NCBI GenBank assembly: GCA_951406725.2
Contig: OX597825.1
Location: forward strand, 19,592,001-19,656,000
DNA: 64,000 nucleotides
DNA from: Octopus vulgaris
Lineage: Eukaryota
Direction: 5' to 3'
Shown here piece by piece: positions 1-13,273 of this stretch; position 1 is the first letter of the stretch, and every line of letters begins with the position of its first letter. A program made the translations under genes and the position numbers. The notes under the pieces were generated by a model. That model had not been told where the DNA came from. It did no database searches and saw nothing but the letters and a program-made list of their open reading frames with translations.

Positions 1-391
1 TGTATGTATCCTTCGAAACGTGGAGAAGATGAAACAGGGACAACTGAAGAAGGGGAATATTCTTTATGTTGTAAGTCTCGAATTTCTTTTTTTTTTTTCG
101 TTGTTCGAAAAAAAGTTCGTTTTATGTTTTTGTTTTTCTATTTTCGTTTCTCATTGTGTTCAACGTTTATTTTGTCCTGCACCCGTATATGATTGTGAAT
201 ATATACATATATATATAGGTATGTACATATATGTATGTATATATGCATATATTTATATATTATTTATATTATTATATGATGGAACGCCACGCATCATTTT
301 CCAAGTATGTATGTATGTAAGTATGTATGTATGTATGTATGTATGTATGTATGTATGTATGTATTTATGTATGTATGTATTATGTATGTAT

Positions 392-583
392 GTGTACATT
401 TGTATGTTTTATGTATGTATTCTCATGCATCTTGTCACGTATCTAGACATGCTGATATATATTTAAATGATAAACTTCTGGAACGTTTTACAGATTTTTA
501 TAGTTCCAGTGATAGATTGGATCTGTAGTCTTCGAATTAGCTTTCTCATTTCTTGGTTCGAGAAGCCTAATTTCTCAAGATTA
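392..583 (-). mobile_element. 3' fragment of a restriction-like-endonuclease (RLE) non-LTR retrotransposon embedded in (ATAC)n
   Basis: Minus strand reads NLEKLGFSNQEMRKLIRRLQIQSITGTIKICKTFQKFII* (stop 463-465), resembling the C-terminal G-T-x-K-I-x-K helix of RLE-clade ORFs. (TATG)n on both sides. A related short piece lies at about 8558-8610. Confidence 0.55.
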
Positions 584-795
584 ATGTATGTATGTATGTA
601 TGTATGCATGTATTTATTTATTTATTTATTTACGTGTGTATGTTTGTATGTGTGTAGGGTGTTATAATTATATGTATATATGAATGAATGCGTGTATCTC
701 AAGGTTAATGTATGTATGTATACATGTATTTATGTGTCTATGTATGTATGTGTGTAGGGTGTTATAATTATATGTATATATGAATGAATGCGTGA
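573..795. repeat. Local tandem duplication (two units of about 100-120 bp)
   Basis: TCTCAAG(A/G)TTAATGTATG...GTGTAGGGTGTTATAATTATATGTATATATGAATGAATGCGTG occurs twice in tandem. Confidence 0.85.
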
Positions 796-1104
796 TTGAA
801 AGGCAAAATCGAAATCTAGTTCTTCAAGATATTTCTTGTATATATTTTGTTTACACAGCTGTTAATTTTAAATCACTCTGTGTTTACTTTTTATTAAGAA
901 ACGGCTCATGTATTCATAAATTTCATCTGTTATTTGACGCTAGCACGGCTGTGGTTGACCAGTTTGTTTCACAACCACCGATCTCGTGGTGCATATCTTG
1001 GATGAAAGGGTTTTATGTCGTAAGCTCACATCGACTAATCCATTATAAATACAATTTGGTATGTATGAAATGAATGAATCCCGTGATATTCTCACGCATA
1101 CACA

Positions 1105-1770
1105 TATATGTATGTTTGTGTGTGTGTTTATGTTTTATGTGGATGTATGCGTGCATGTGCATGTATGTGTCTGTGTTTGTGCGTGTGTGTGTGTGTGTAT
1201 ATGTGTGTGCCTTTAAGTGTGTGTGTATGCGTGCTCTTGTATGTATGTGTCTTGGTTTTTATATGTGTGTTTATGCGTATGTATTTGTGTGTATACGTGC
1301 ATGTGTATGCGCACGTGTGTATGTATGTGTCTGTGTTTGTGTGTGCATGCGTGTGTCTGTGGATACGTGCATGTGTATGTGTGCGTGTGTATGTATGTGT
1401 CTGTGTCTGTGCGTGTGTGTATATATGTGTGTGTCTTTATGTGTGTGTATGCGTGCTCGGGTATGTATGTGTCTATGTTTGTGCATATGTGTGTCTTTAT
1501 GTGTGTGTATGCGTGCTCGAGTATGTATGTGTCTGTGTTTGTGAGTGTGTATGTGTGTGTATGTGTGTATATGTGTGTATATGTGTGTGTATACGTGCAT
1601 GATTATGCGTGTGAGTGTATGTATGTGTCTGTGTTTGTGTGTGTATGTGTGTGAGAGTGGATAAGTGTGTGTGTGTATACGCCCGTGTGTATGTATGTGC
1701 CTCTGTGTGTGTGTGTGTGTGTGTGTGTCTGTCTGTGCTTGCGTGCGTGCGTGTGTGTGTGTGTATGTGT
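1105..1770. repeat. TG-based minisatellite (about 60-bp higher-order unit)
   Basis: Recurring GTGTCTTTATGTGTGTGTATGCGTGCTCG(G/A)GTATGTATGTGTCT. Confidence 0.85.
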
Positions 1771-2259
1771 ACGCCATATTTTATACATTTGCCTGTCACT
1801 GCCGTGTAACTTCCGACCACTGAAAGTCTCACCGATCCTGTCGGTGGAAAGTCGAAACGAAAGCCAAATTGTATATCGTTTGTGGTGACGTTGGGTTTTC
1901 ACAATGTTATATAGTGCGTATAAGTTCTTCATTTGTTCGTCTCTTCTGTTACATTGACCAAAGATCTTTTGTTGGATTCACACTAAAGGCCGAGCAAGTT
2001 TTCAAAATGCACTCCCCATTAGTTGTTGAACCAACTAGCTTCCTTCTAAGTTTTGTACAACTTTTATATCTCGCGGGTATTTGTACTAGGAAAATGGACA
2101 GCAATAAAGTTTTATGCAATGCAACTCAGATTTATCCATTTCTCCGAGTAAAAGTGGACTTCATTTTAGGTAATTTTGCCTCCATTGAAAAAAAATGTAA
2201 AAATTGCGAACCATTGCCGGTCTCCAGATTTCTTCACTTTGTGCTTGTCAGAAATTGCA

Positions 2260-2260
<1 letters not shown>

Positions 2261-2306
<46 letters not shown>

Positions 2307-2350
2307 CATTATTACTGTTGTTATTATTATTATTATTATTACTATTGTTG

Positions 2351-2393
<43 letters not shown>

Positions 2394-2398
2394 TGTTG

Positions 2399-2444
<46 letters not shown>

Positions 2445-2568
2445 TGTTGTTATTATTATTATTATTAATATTATTACTATTATTACTGTTGTTGTTATTA
2501 TTATTATTATCATTATTACTATTATTACTGTTGTTATATTATTATTATCATTATTACTATTATTACTG

Positions 2569-2602
<34 letters not shown>

Positions 2603-2763
2603 TGTTGTTATTATTATTATTATTATTATTATTAATATTATTACTGTTGTTATTATTATTATTATTATTACTATTATTATTACTGTTGTTATTATTATTA
2701 TTATTATTACTATTATTGTTATTATTATTATTATTGTTATTATCATTATTATTATTACTGTTG

Positions 2764-2798
<35 letters not shown>

Positions 2799-2817
2799 GT
2801 TATTATCATTATTATTA
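2261..2817. repeat. (TTA)n microsatellite with CTG/TTG interruptions
   Basis: Direct reading. Confidence 0.98.
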
Positions 2818-3487
2818 CGACACTCAGTACTCATAAGAATGTTACGTTGCAAAAATCAGTTCAGATCTTTACTGATATTCGGTCCGTATTTCGTTCTCTT
2901 TTTTCTTTCCGTTTACGCATTAAATTTATACATACCTTTCTGAAGTAGATAAAGTAAGTGCGAGGCTAGTTCTGATAAAAATTTAATCGAAATTTTAATC
3001 GATCATACCCAATCCTCGTCTAAAGATATACGTATCCTTGAAGCTACAACGGAAATCACTAGAGTTCATAGGAAGATATTTTGTGGTAAAACCGTTTGAG
3101 ATTTGGATTTAACACTGCACTATAAAATATTTGAGATCTGCGGTTGAATTCGCGATTCAAATCTGACCGGCCTTTACATGATAGCGATTCAGTATTGATA
3201 AACTAGAGGACGGAGTTCAAGTCGATGCAAGTTTTGCTACCGTGTATATTGAATATATCTCTCTCCCGTATGAGTTGACCTGATGCCTGGCCAAAGGATA
3301 TCAATAATATGGAGATTATAAATACACAGAAGTGGAAAAAGAACCTAGTGAGTATATGAGATAAGAAGACATGCGTTATATTAAGGTATTCACATGCTCA
3401 CGTGCATGTGTGTATATAGATATGTGTGTGTGTATGCCTGTATGAGTTAGAGGTTAAGTAAGTATCTAAGGGATCATTTCGATTTTC

Positions 3488-3553
<66 letters not shown>

Positions 3554-3566
3554 ACATATACATGTA

Positions 3567-3698
3567 GGTGCAGGAGTGGTTGTGTGGTAAGTAGCTTGCT
3601 TACCAACCACATGGTTCCGGGTTCAGTCCCACTGTGTGTCATCTTGGGCAAGTGTCTTCTGCTATAGCCTCGGGCCGACCAAAGCCTTGTGAGAGGAT
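3567..3698 (+). mobile_element. SINE family A (OK-like tRNA-derived SINE), 5' part
   Basis: GGTGCAGGAGTGGTTGTGTGGTAAGTAGC...GGGTTCAGTCCC (A/B boxes); matches the full copies at 24259 and 56765. Confidence 0.9.
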
Positions 3699-3761
3699 GT
3701 GCATTTATATATATATAGACATATTCATATATAAATATATATTCCCATACACACAGGCATA

Positions 3762-4000
3762 AATAGATAGACAGACAAGCATACAAGTAGACAGACAGAA
3801 AGGATGGCAGGCAAGCAGACAGACAGAGATAGATGGATCGATAGGCAGATAGATCGATCGATCGATAGATCGATAGATAGACAAACAGACAGACCGACTG
3901 ATAGCTAAATCGACAGACAGATAGGCAGATAGATAAATAATAGATACACAGACAGGCAGTCAAACAGACAGCCAGACAGACTGACAGACAGACAGACAGT

Positions 4001-4065
<65 letters not shown>

Positions 4066-4161
4066 TGATAGATAGATAGATAGATAGAGAGATAGTCAGA
4101 CTGACATACAGATAGATTGAAGGATTGATAAATTGACAGACAGACAGACAGACAGACAGAC

Positions 4162-4229
<68 letters not shown>

Positions 4230-4255
4230 TGAATGACTGATTGATTTATTGATTG
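3762..4255. repeat. (GATA)n/(GACA)n compound microsatellite
   Basis: Direct reading. Confidence 0.97.
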
Positions 4256-4299
4256 ATATTTGTGTAGGACTATCCCCCACGCTCTTGCAGCTAAAAATC

Positions 4300-6004
4300 T
4301 GCACCTGTAAAGTCTTGTTTCTCTTTGCTTTGTTGAAGTGATGAAAAGTGTCTGAGGTGACTATTCAGACATACGCTACTAACTTTCCTATTTGCTAATT
4401 GTGTTCTGCTTCTTTTGTCCGTCGATTTTGATTTTCTTCATCAGCAAGCCTCAAATTCTGTCACCTTTTTTTAAAGAAATAAATCCTGCCTCGTACTTGC
4501 TGAAACAATTACAAATATTTTTTACCCAGCTTTGAATGTTCTTGTAAAGAGCCTTTGTGCCTCACTTGCAGACATCCCTGAAGGAATCATCCTTTTCATT
4601 ACACGTCGAGGAGCATTTGATATGATGTGTATGTGGCTAAATTAGCGAAGGTATCGTTGTTACTATAAGATGAAGAGGTTGAGAATCTCGGTGCTAGACA
4701 GCACCTCATCATTGCTAACTCGATGCATTCATTTGATGTCCAGAGGTCGTCTCAAGCTGCGAAAGTGGAAGGCGATGAGACGTTGATGTTGGCTGAATTA
4801 GGTCTCACTGCTCTAAAGAACTGTGCTGAGGATACAAGCTCTGTCTGTCACATAACCTTATTGATATTCCCATCTCTCGTAAGGCGGCGAGCTGGCAGAC
4901 TCGTTAGCACGCCGGGCAAAATGCTTAGCGGTTTTTCTTCTGCCGCTACGTTATGTTCAAACTCCGCCGATGTCGTCTTTGCCTTTCATCCTTTCAGAGT
5001 CGATTAAACAAGTACCAGTTACGCACTGGGGTTGATATAATCGACTTAATCCGTTTGTCTGTCCTTGTTTGTCCTCTCTCTCTGTTTAGCTCCTTATGGA
5101 TAGTAAAGAAATAGGTATTCTCATCTCTCGTTGTCAGCGGAGCAGTAGTTGGGACTGCCTTTCCAATACGACTTTTGATGGAGTTTTCAATGGTGGTGGA
5201 CATGAGGTGTGTGAAATTGTGGTTTACTTCCATAAGAGAGTTACTGGTAGCAGTGGTAGGTGAACGTTCAACACCTTGGCCTAACGCTTCTGTCTTTCAT
5301 AGTCTCGTAGTTTAGCTGATAACTTGAATAGTTCTTTTCAGACTGTCCATGGACGATATAGTTGCTCCTGTAAGTGTGTATTAAGCACCATATCTTCCGT
5401 AAACAACTTGTCATTTGTGAGTACTTGGCGTCCTTTGGATATTCGATTTAACCCAGGACAAGTTTGAACATATTTAAGCCTGATCCTATGTGAAAATATA
5501 GTTTGTGATGTTCCAATTGCTTGCTTCAGAACGACAGTGAAAAAGACACCAAACAAGCTGCGGTTAGACACACAAGCCTACTTTACTCCACAAAGAATGC
5601 TGAATGGCTTCAAAGAAAAGTCATTAAACAGAATGATACTTTCCATGCATGTGTCGTATGATAGGGTAATCATGTGTAACTAGGAAAGCATCCACTCTTG
5701 GCAAGGATGTCGACACGCCGTCCCTATCTCAAGGTCGAAGGAGTTCCTAGAGACAAAGGAAGCGATGAAAAGTGGTTGCCTTTGGTGTTTGTAGATTTTG
5801 TGTAGTTTTGGAATTAATATTATGATAAAAGCGAATCGTTCTGACCTAAAACTGCACCAAAACCCACGGTGTACCCGTTCTTTGAATCTCAGCAATGTGT
5901 TTAAATCTGCAAGATCAAAAAGGTCCCGTAAAAGCGCAGAAAAAATAATTCTTTGCAGTTCTTGCAATCACCTTTACACCCCTTTGTTTTCGCATAAAGA
6001 GGTT
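4300..6004 (-). pseudogene. Decayed RTE-clade LINE reverse transcriptase, interrupted by a SINE
   Basis: Collinear broken RT motifs on the minus strand: ERVHRGFWCSFRSER, QRQPLFIA..SFDL, LFGVFF, DKLFTEDMVL (YADD-equivalent), IKSRIGKA, ACILSTVL*SSET, AFHFRSLRRPLDIK*MHRVSNDEVL. Confidence 0.85.
4882..5120 (+). mobile_element. SINE family D (GGCGGCGAGCTGGCAG head) with 10-bp target-site duplication
   Basis: tRNA-like A/B boxes and central GCCTTTCATCCTTTC..GTCGAT..AAGTACCAG domain. TSD CATCTCTCGT at 4871-4880 and 5122-5131. Confidence 0.92.
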
Positions 6005-6238
6005 ATATACATACATACACACACGCACTCACACACACACAAACACGTGCACACACATGTATATATAAAGATAGATAATAGACAATTAGATTTATATATG
6101 TATATATATACACATATATGCGTGTCTGCATAGATATGTATAGATAGATATCTGTATACGCACACATTTTTATACACATACATATCTATACACCCACACG
6201 TATAAGCACATATATACCTATACACACATGATAGATAG

Positions 6239-6269
<31 letters not shown>

Positions 6270-6271
6270 AT

Positions 6272-6341
<70 letters not shown>

Positions 6342-6500
6342 CACACAAGTATATACGTATGTATGTATATTGCAGTGTCTTGCTCGCTTGTTTTCTGTGT
6401 GTGTGTGAATGTGTGTGAGTGTGAGAGAGCAAAAGAGAGAGAGACAGAGAGAGAGAAAGAGAGAGAGAAAGAAAGAGAGAAAGACACACACAGACTTAGA
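6005..6500. repeat. CA/TA/GA compound microsatellite
   Basis: Direct reading. Confidence 0.9.
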
Positions 6501-7367
6501 GATTGAGAGGGCAGCTGAGTGAATGATTGAGAGATGGAAATCAATCGGTGATGTGTGTAGGTGTCATCACCTTTGAAATGTTGTTCCGATAAACCCACTG
6601 GATTACTGAGAATCTAAAATGATATATTTTAATTTATATATAACTACAATATTACAAATGGTGAATCGATGCATTATGGAAGTTTTACCATAATGTTATG
6701 AAATCCTTAGACTTCTCAATTTGTCACCACACACGCGCGGAATCACATATGCGTGCGTGTGTGTCTCTGTTTGTGAGTGTGTGTGTGCGTGTATGTGTGT
6801 GTGTGTGTGTTTATGAGCGTGTGAGTATGTGAGTGTGTTTGTGTCTATAAGTGTTCGTGTTCGTGTTCGTGTGGAAATGATTTAGTGCTGGTATGTGTTT
6901 GCGTTATATGCATATATGCGTCCGATTCACATTAATCATGAATTAATACACGACAAAGATATAAGAAAATATAACACAATACTAATGCTCTTACAATTCC
7001 TTGTATTTGACTGAGGAAAGATTTAAGAGTACTGAGGTGAAGAGATATTTAAATTCAGTATGTCATCAAATATAAAGATTTATAGCTTTTCTAAAGCTGC
7101 TTTCAAAAGTAGCAATAAATTATACGAACCACACAGTTGCATGATGAAAAGAGAACCAAAGTAATTAGCAAATTCCAAGTCCGTTTGCTCCTTATCTTCA
7201 TTCGTTTCCTAATTTTCCACTTGTAGAAGTCCGTTCCTCTTGTTCTTGTCTCGATGTCTTTACCTGATGGTAATTTCCAGACGAAAAGCATTGAAAAAGT
7301 GAATATGAAATTTTAAAGACATAGATAGGCAAGCTGGAACGCAAATCCACTCACTCACATGAAAGCA

Positions 7368-7368
<1 letters not shown>

Positions 7369-7441
<73 letters not shown>

Positions 7442-7624
7442 CATATAAATATATGCCTGTGTGCGTGTACGTGTGTCTATGAGTATGTATGTGTGTCCAT
7501 GTGTGTATGTGCACGTTTATATATATACATATGCATATATATATGTATGTATGTAGATGTATATATATATATATACACATATATATAAATACACACACAC
7601 GCACACACACTCATACATATACAT

Positions 7625-7667
<43 letters not shown>

Positions 7668-7930
7668 TATATATATATATATACACACACACACGTATAT
7701 ATATATATACACACACTTACACACACACGTATATATATATATATATATGTATTCACATGTATATATCAACCAATATATCCTTATATCTATTCTCAAATAT
7801 ACATATGTGTATACACACATACGTATGTGTATGTGCGTGTGCGCATGTAAGTGTGTGTGTGAGTATAATATTATACATAAATGTAAGTATATATACATAC
7901 TACTTGCGCACATATGTAAACACGTATATG
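7369..7930. repeat. (CA)n followed by TA/CA compound microsatellite
   Basis: Direct reading. Confidence 0.95.
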
Positions 7931-8214
7931 TTTGAATTTGCAAACGAGACATAAAAATAAGTTAATATATAGAATATATTTGAAGATGGAACTTCCTTTC
8001 ATCGCTACTCGTCTTTTGGTGTTTTCACTCGTCAAACTACCTGCGCAGTAATAATAAATTTTTGTAGAAGGAAATTTTCGAGTAGAATACGAGATTGCGC
8101 TGATGAAGAGGAGGAAATAATAGCGTCTCACATATAAAATCTGCTCAGCAAGGATAAGTAGTGTAAAAATGTGTGAAAATTGGACAAAATCACATCGGGG
8201 TTAAATTCATTTTA

Positions 8215-8371
8215 GGCGCAGGAATGGCTATGTGGTAAGTTGTTTGCTTCCCAACCACATGGTCCCAGGTTCAGTCTCACTGCGTGGCACGTTTGGCAAA
8301 TGTCTTCCTCTATGGCTTCAAACCGACCAAAGACTTGTAAGTAAATTTGGTAGACGGAAACTGAAATAAGC
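8215..8371 (+). mobile_element. SINE family A, 5' part
   Basis: GGCGCAGGAATGGCTATGTGGTAAG...GGTAGACGGAAACTGAAA. Confidence 0.9.
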
Positions 8372-8396
8372 GTATCAGAAGACCATAAACGGTAAC

Positions 8397-8499
8397 CCAG
8401 CTTATAGTCCGGACTTGGCACCCACTGACTACCACCTGTTTCCTAAGCTGAAAGAACATTTGGCTGGAAAGCGGTTCAGCAACGACAACGAGGTGAACT
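8397..8499 (+). pseudogene. Mariner transposase fragment (third catalytic Asp region)
   Basis: Reads PAYSPDLAPTDYHLFPKLKEHLAGKRFSNDNEV, containing the mariner YSPDLAPxD motif. Confidence 0.9.
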
Positions 8500-8620
8500 T
8501 TAATCTTCGCTTTCGTGCGTGTTCTTGCTCCACTTATTCCATTCTCTTCTTCTAAGATGTGCATATCTAGACAGGTTCATATATATTTAAATGATTAACT
8601 TCTGTAGCTATGTATGTATG

Positions 8621-8811
8621 CTGAGACCCCCTTCGGTCATGACTGACCATGGGATTGCACCTAGAAAGTTACCCTCCCAGGCACAAGTCCGGGCAAGGTT
8701 GTTTATGGAAGACCACCAGTCGCCCATGCAAACCGGCCTCCCCTCTCCCCGCCACCAGTGTTATCCAAGGGAAAGGCAAAGGTCGATACAGCTTGGCACC
8801 TGTGACGTCGC
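8621..8811 (-). mobile_element. Probable SINE/LINE 3'-end fragment (unassigned family)
   Basis: GC-rich 190-bp block flanked by (TATG)n, ending on the minus strand in GGTGCAATCCCATGGTCAGTCATGACCGAAGGGGGTCTC (stem-loop-like tail). Only one copy in the window. Confidence 0.55.
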
Positions 8812-8821
8812 ATGTATGTAT

Positions 8822-8863
<42 letters not shown>

Positions 8864-9180
8864 GAGGGCGTGGCTACGTCGTTATAGTATTCGGTTCACG
8901 ATCACAAGGATGCCAGTTCAATTCCAGGTGGCGCATTGTGTTCTTCAGCAAGACCTCTACTTCACGTTGCTCTAGTTCACTCATCTGGCGAAAACGAGCT
9001 GTACCTGTAATTAAAAGGGCCAGCCTTGTGGCATTCTGTCACATTGAGTCTCCCCGAAAACTATGATAAGAGTACGCATGTCTTTGGAGTGCTCAGCCAC
9101 TTGCATGTTCATTTCCGAAGCAGGCTGTTCCGTTGATCAGAACAACCTGAACCCTCCTCGTCGCAACGACGGAATGCTAC
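8864..9180 (+). mobile_element. SINE, head C + tail 1 (OR-like), diverged
   Basis: Aligns over its whole length with 25962-26281 and 55312-55630. Confidence 0.88.
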
Positions 9181-9198
9181 TGCCAGTGATATTATATA

Positions 9199-9604
9199 TA
9201 TACTAGCCATATAGCCCAGCATTGCTCGGGTTCATTTTCTTTTCGACCCTTTACAATGGGAACTTTTGAAAAATAAAAATGTTGCATTATGTAGCGTGTT
9301 ATTCTCTTTAAGTGAACATTTTTCTGGTTGAAATACACCGAAAAATGGCGACAAGGCAGTCAAAAAGTCGTAAAAAAATAGGGCTTTTCATAGTAAAAAA
9401 GCACCTTTTTGATGTAAATAATTTTTGGTTTTAACATGGTTCAATTATAATTTTTTCTGCTACGGAATGAAGAGCAAACCTTCTTCTATCATACTCTAAA
9501 CTTTGGTCAACTTGCCCCGCAGGGTCTCGGAGGAGATAGTGTTAGTTGAAGGCTACCAAACCTTCCACACACACAGAGACAACTTCAGCTTTATATATAA
9601 GGAT
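9199..9604 (+). mobile_element. Non-autonomous Helentron-associated element (HINE/DINE-1-like)
   Basis: Starts TATACTAG followed by the palindrome CCCAGCATTGCTCGGG; ends ACACACAGAGACAACTTCAGCTTTATATATAAGGAT. This is the typical HINE end layout. Confidence 0.7.
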
Positions 9605-9605
9605 A

Positions 9606-9695
<90 letters not shown>
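9605..9695. repeat. (TG)n microsatellite
   Basis: Direct reading. Confidence 0.98.
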
Positions 9696-9698
<3 letters not shown>

Positions 9699-11668
9699 AC
9701 GCGTGTTGATAGGTAGGTAATCGCCTACGCCTGATATTGATATTTAACTCGGTAGCTACTCGGAATTTCTATACATATTCTTGTTAACGTCGTTTAAGTC
9801 GAGTAGTTATGTATATACATCTTTATATCTTTGTATTTATGAAGTTATACATATATGCTTGTACAAGCATATACAATTATTACAGGAATTCTTACAAGCA
9901 TTTTATGCACTCATTAAATGTTGCGCATTTCCTTCGCATTCAGTCATTGATGGCATTCCTCTGCTTTCATAATGTTTTCTAGTTAATACACAACTTACAA
10001 AGCATACACAGTAATTTTTTTAAAACATCGGGGAAGTGGAGCTTCACAATATTTCGAGAAATTTTACAAGTAAACTTTGTAGATGTAATAGCTTCTGAAT
10101 ATTTAACACCAGAGTGAAGAATTATGATTGTCTATAACAAAGACATGCCTTTAAAATTGCACCATCACTCATTTTGTTTCATTTGAAAGACAACTTTCCG
10201 AGATCTTCGGAGTTAATGTGTTTACATTTACACAATACACAAAATCAGTAGTTAAACATAAAATGGATCATAGCCTTGGAGATTTTCATTGTGACGTTAC
10301 TATGGTGCTGAAGCAGTTATATCTCTTTGATTTTTGATCTCCGCATGTAGCTAGAATAATCTATTTGACATTTAAGGCCATGTTTAAGAATCCAAATTTT
10401 CGTAAGGAAAGTCATTAATAATCTTCTTTCTACTTTCTTTTGAGTTACTGAAAACCAAAGAATGCGTCCGTTAGATATTCTTAGAGACTTAAATGTTACA
10501 AAGGCCTGTATTTTCACATATGAATATTTATAAGAGAATTTTACAGAGTTGCGCAAAAAGGGCGTTGTCTTCGAAACTGAAGACAAATTATATGCAGCAA
10601 ATTATTGCTGTTTATGTAATATATATTCACCGTACACGAGATAATTGCTTTGTTATACGCCTTTCTATCATCAATGTATACGCATAAAAACTATTGTGTT
10701 TTATCAAGATATACGCGATAAAAGAAGGGTGTACATAAAAGATGATGCCCTTTTTTCCTCTTGCCTCTAAATATAGGATATTTCCAAGCATGTGCACAAA
10801 TGCTTTTTCCGAAAACTGTCAAAGATTACCCCATGAGAAAGATTCGTAAAATACGAAGAGGCACCTCAAATACAATTCTGTGAAATATTATGCGCTCACC
10901 CCAAGAGTTTAGTTTCGCTGGTTTCAGAACTCCTAACCGTTAAATGCTTTAGCAGTATTACACTCGTGACTATCAATGTGTGCAAGATTGTGCGGCTGCT
11001 TAAGAAGCGGACAATCCTTTCTTTTATGAACAAAGCATTTATACATGACGCCACAGTATTTATACATGACATCACAGCAATTACTGTTTGCTTCAGTGAA
11101 CGAGGTTTTCTTTAAATTATTTTGATCATACGAGATTTTTGCGGGATCATCAGATGTATGAAGGAAAAGTGTATATGACTTTAATACAAAGAGCTTTTCC
11201 TTTTGCTTCATATACACGTCATAATGTTAAATGCTTTAATCAGATTTCTCTACATTTGCTAGACGGACAGTTGAGGCTCAGTTCTTACCAGAGACTGGAA
11301 GTTCACACTATTCAAGAACTTACCCAATTAAAGAATATCTAATATTTTCAATGAGGAAAAGTGCTTGGTTGTAGACAGTAAGAGTAAACTTTCTAACTAT
11401 TTTTTCTTAGTCTGCCAGATAATGTATGACCTATGTCGTAAGTTATCAGATTGTAGCGATGGAGAAGCCTATTCCAAGGGAAAGTTCTATTCTGCATCAT
11501 CTATCTTCCAAGAGGCAATCGCAGGAATTTGACTCTCTGCTCTACATCTGTCGGGATTAAACGAGGCCCGGGCCATCAGTGTCTGGAATGTTGATATTGT
11601 TCTCGTATATAGAAAACATATATACTGGGTCACTGACATTGTTAAAATTCCTCATTTTGATAATCATA

Positions 11669-12040
11669 GGCACAGAAATGGCTGGTAAGAAATTTGCTTC
11701 CAAACCACTTGGTTCTGGATTCACTCCCATTGCATGGCAACTTGGACCTAGGGACGAGAAAAGTTTTCTGAGTGGATTTGGTAAGGCGGAAGCTGAAAGA
11801 AGTCTGTTCTGTGTGTGTGTGTGTGTATTTGCGTTTGTGTTTGTCCACAACACCACCTGGCAACGTGTGTTGGTGTGTTTATGTCCTCCATAAGTTAGCG
11901 GTTTCGTAAATGAGATCGATAGACTAAGTATCAGACTTAGAAAAAAAAATACACGTACTGTGGTCGAATCGGTGGATCAGAATTCCTCAAGGCGGTGCCC
12001 CAGCATGGCCGCAGTCAACGCCTGAAACAAGTGAAAGATA
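11669..12040 (+). mobile_element. SINE family A, full length, diverged
   Basis: Head, internal (TG)n, tail GGCGGTGCCCCAGCATGGCCGCAGTC..CTGAAACAAG. Confidence 0.88.
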
Positions 12041-12497
12041 TCGTGGATTAGTTACCAAACGTTTTCATATATAATGGAAGATAGAAAATAAATGAGTCTA
12101 ACATTGTATTACATTTAAATTTGTTTATTCTTGTAAAATATTCAAATATTACGCTGTAGGAATCAGACTAAATTTTACAAAATGTGAAATGAATTCAAAT
12201 GCTATAAAAACTAATAGGCCAATTTAAATTTAATAATTTCTAATATTTTGCTAATATAAGCAAATTTGATTCTAAAGCAAGGAAGGAATAAATTATTTTC
12301 TACTTTCAGTAATATTTAAAACTGCGTTTTAAATTTTCCAAGTTAAAAGACTAAGCAAATTTGATGGTTTTCCAAATATATACGTCACAGAAACTCGCAA
12401 AACTAGACACTAATATCTAGGCCTTGGCGGAGACACCTCGCATCTTGAAAGTGTATACGTGAGTAAAAATTTCCAAGAAGTGGCATAGGAATTTTCA

Positions 12498-12700
12498 AGG
12501 CAGCGAGCTGGTAGTCATACGCAAAATACTTCGTGGCATTTTCTCCGTCTTTACGTCTTGAATGGAAATTCCGCCAAGGTCGACTTTACATTTCATTCTT
12601 TTAGGGTAAATGAAATAAGAATCAGTGTGGTACCAGGGTCGAGGTAATCGATTCTCACCCCACCCCGACGTTGCAAGCGTTGTACCAAAATTTGAATTTA
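12498..12700 (+). mobile_element. SINE family D, diverged
   Basis: GGCAGCGAGCTGG...AAATTCCGCCAAGGTCGACTTT..TTTCATTCTTT. Confidence 0.8.
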
Positions 12701-12759
12701 ATACTCTTGCTGAACTACTAATCTTTTACAGTTGACGAACGCACTATATTTTATGTTAT

Positions 12760-13140
12760 AAATTTGCTTCCCAACCACATGGTTCCGGGTTCAGTCCCAC
12801 TGTGTGGCACTTTGGACAAGTATCTTCTACTATAACCTCGAGCCAACAAAAGCCTTCTGAGTAGATCTGGTAAACGGAAACTGAAAGAAGCCTGCTATAT
12901 ATATATATGTGTGTGTGTGAGTATGTGTGTTTGTGAGTCAGTTTTTGTCCTCCCCACATTCGGATCACAACTTATGTCGGTGTGTTTAAGTCTGTAACTT
13001 CACGGTTCGGCAAAATAGACCGAAAGAATATGTTCTAGACTTACAAAGAATAAGTTCTGGGGTGGATTTGTTCGACTAAAGGCGGTGCTTAAGTATGGCC
13101 ACAGTCACATGACTTAAATAAGTAAAAGAATAAAAGAATA
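12760..13140 (+). mobile_element. SINE family A, lacking the first ~25 nt
   Basis: CCAACCACATGGTTCCGGGTTCAGTCCC through the tail (TAAAAGAA)n. Confidence 0.9.
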
Positions 13141-13215
13141 TATCTTCTCGGAAACATGAAACCGATATTTCTTCCATGCAATATTCTCTATTTCATATAC
13201 ACGTATACACACATG

Positions 13216-13269
<54 letters not shown>

Positions 13270-13273
<4 letters not shown>

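Noticed and set aside
10-70. GAAACGTG and CTGAAGAAGGGG as a hammerhead
   Set aside because: The boxes are in the wrong order for one motif and the window edge truncates the context; no complete core.
1828-1866. CTGAAAG..CACCGA/TCGGTG..GAAACG hairpin as a hammerhead
   Set aside because: CUGANGA is broken and no NUH triplet or stem I is present.
1869-2260. Non-repetitive ORF portion as a host exon
   Set aside because: No recognisable domain or splice support; it runs into (TTA)n.
8098-8130. CTGATGA..GGAAA
   Set aside because: No stem II can form.
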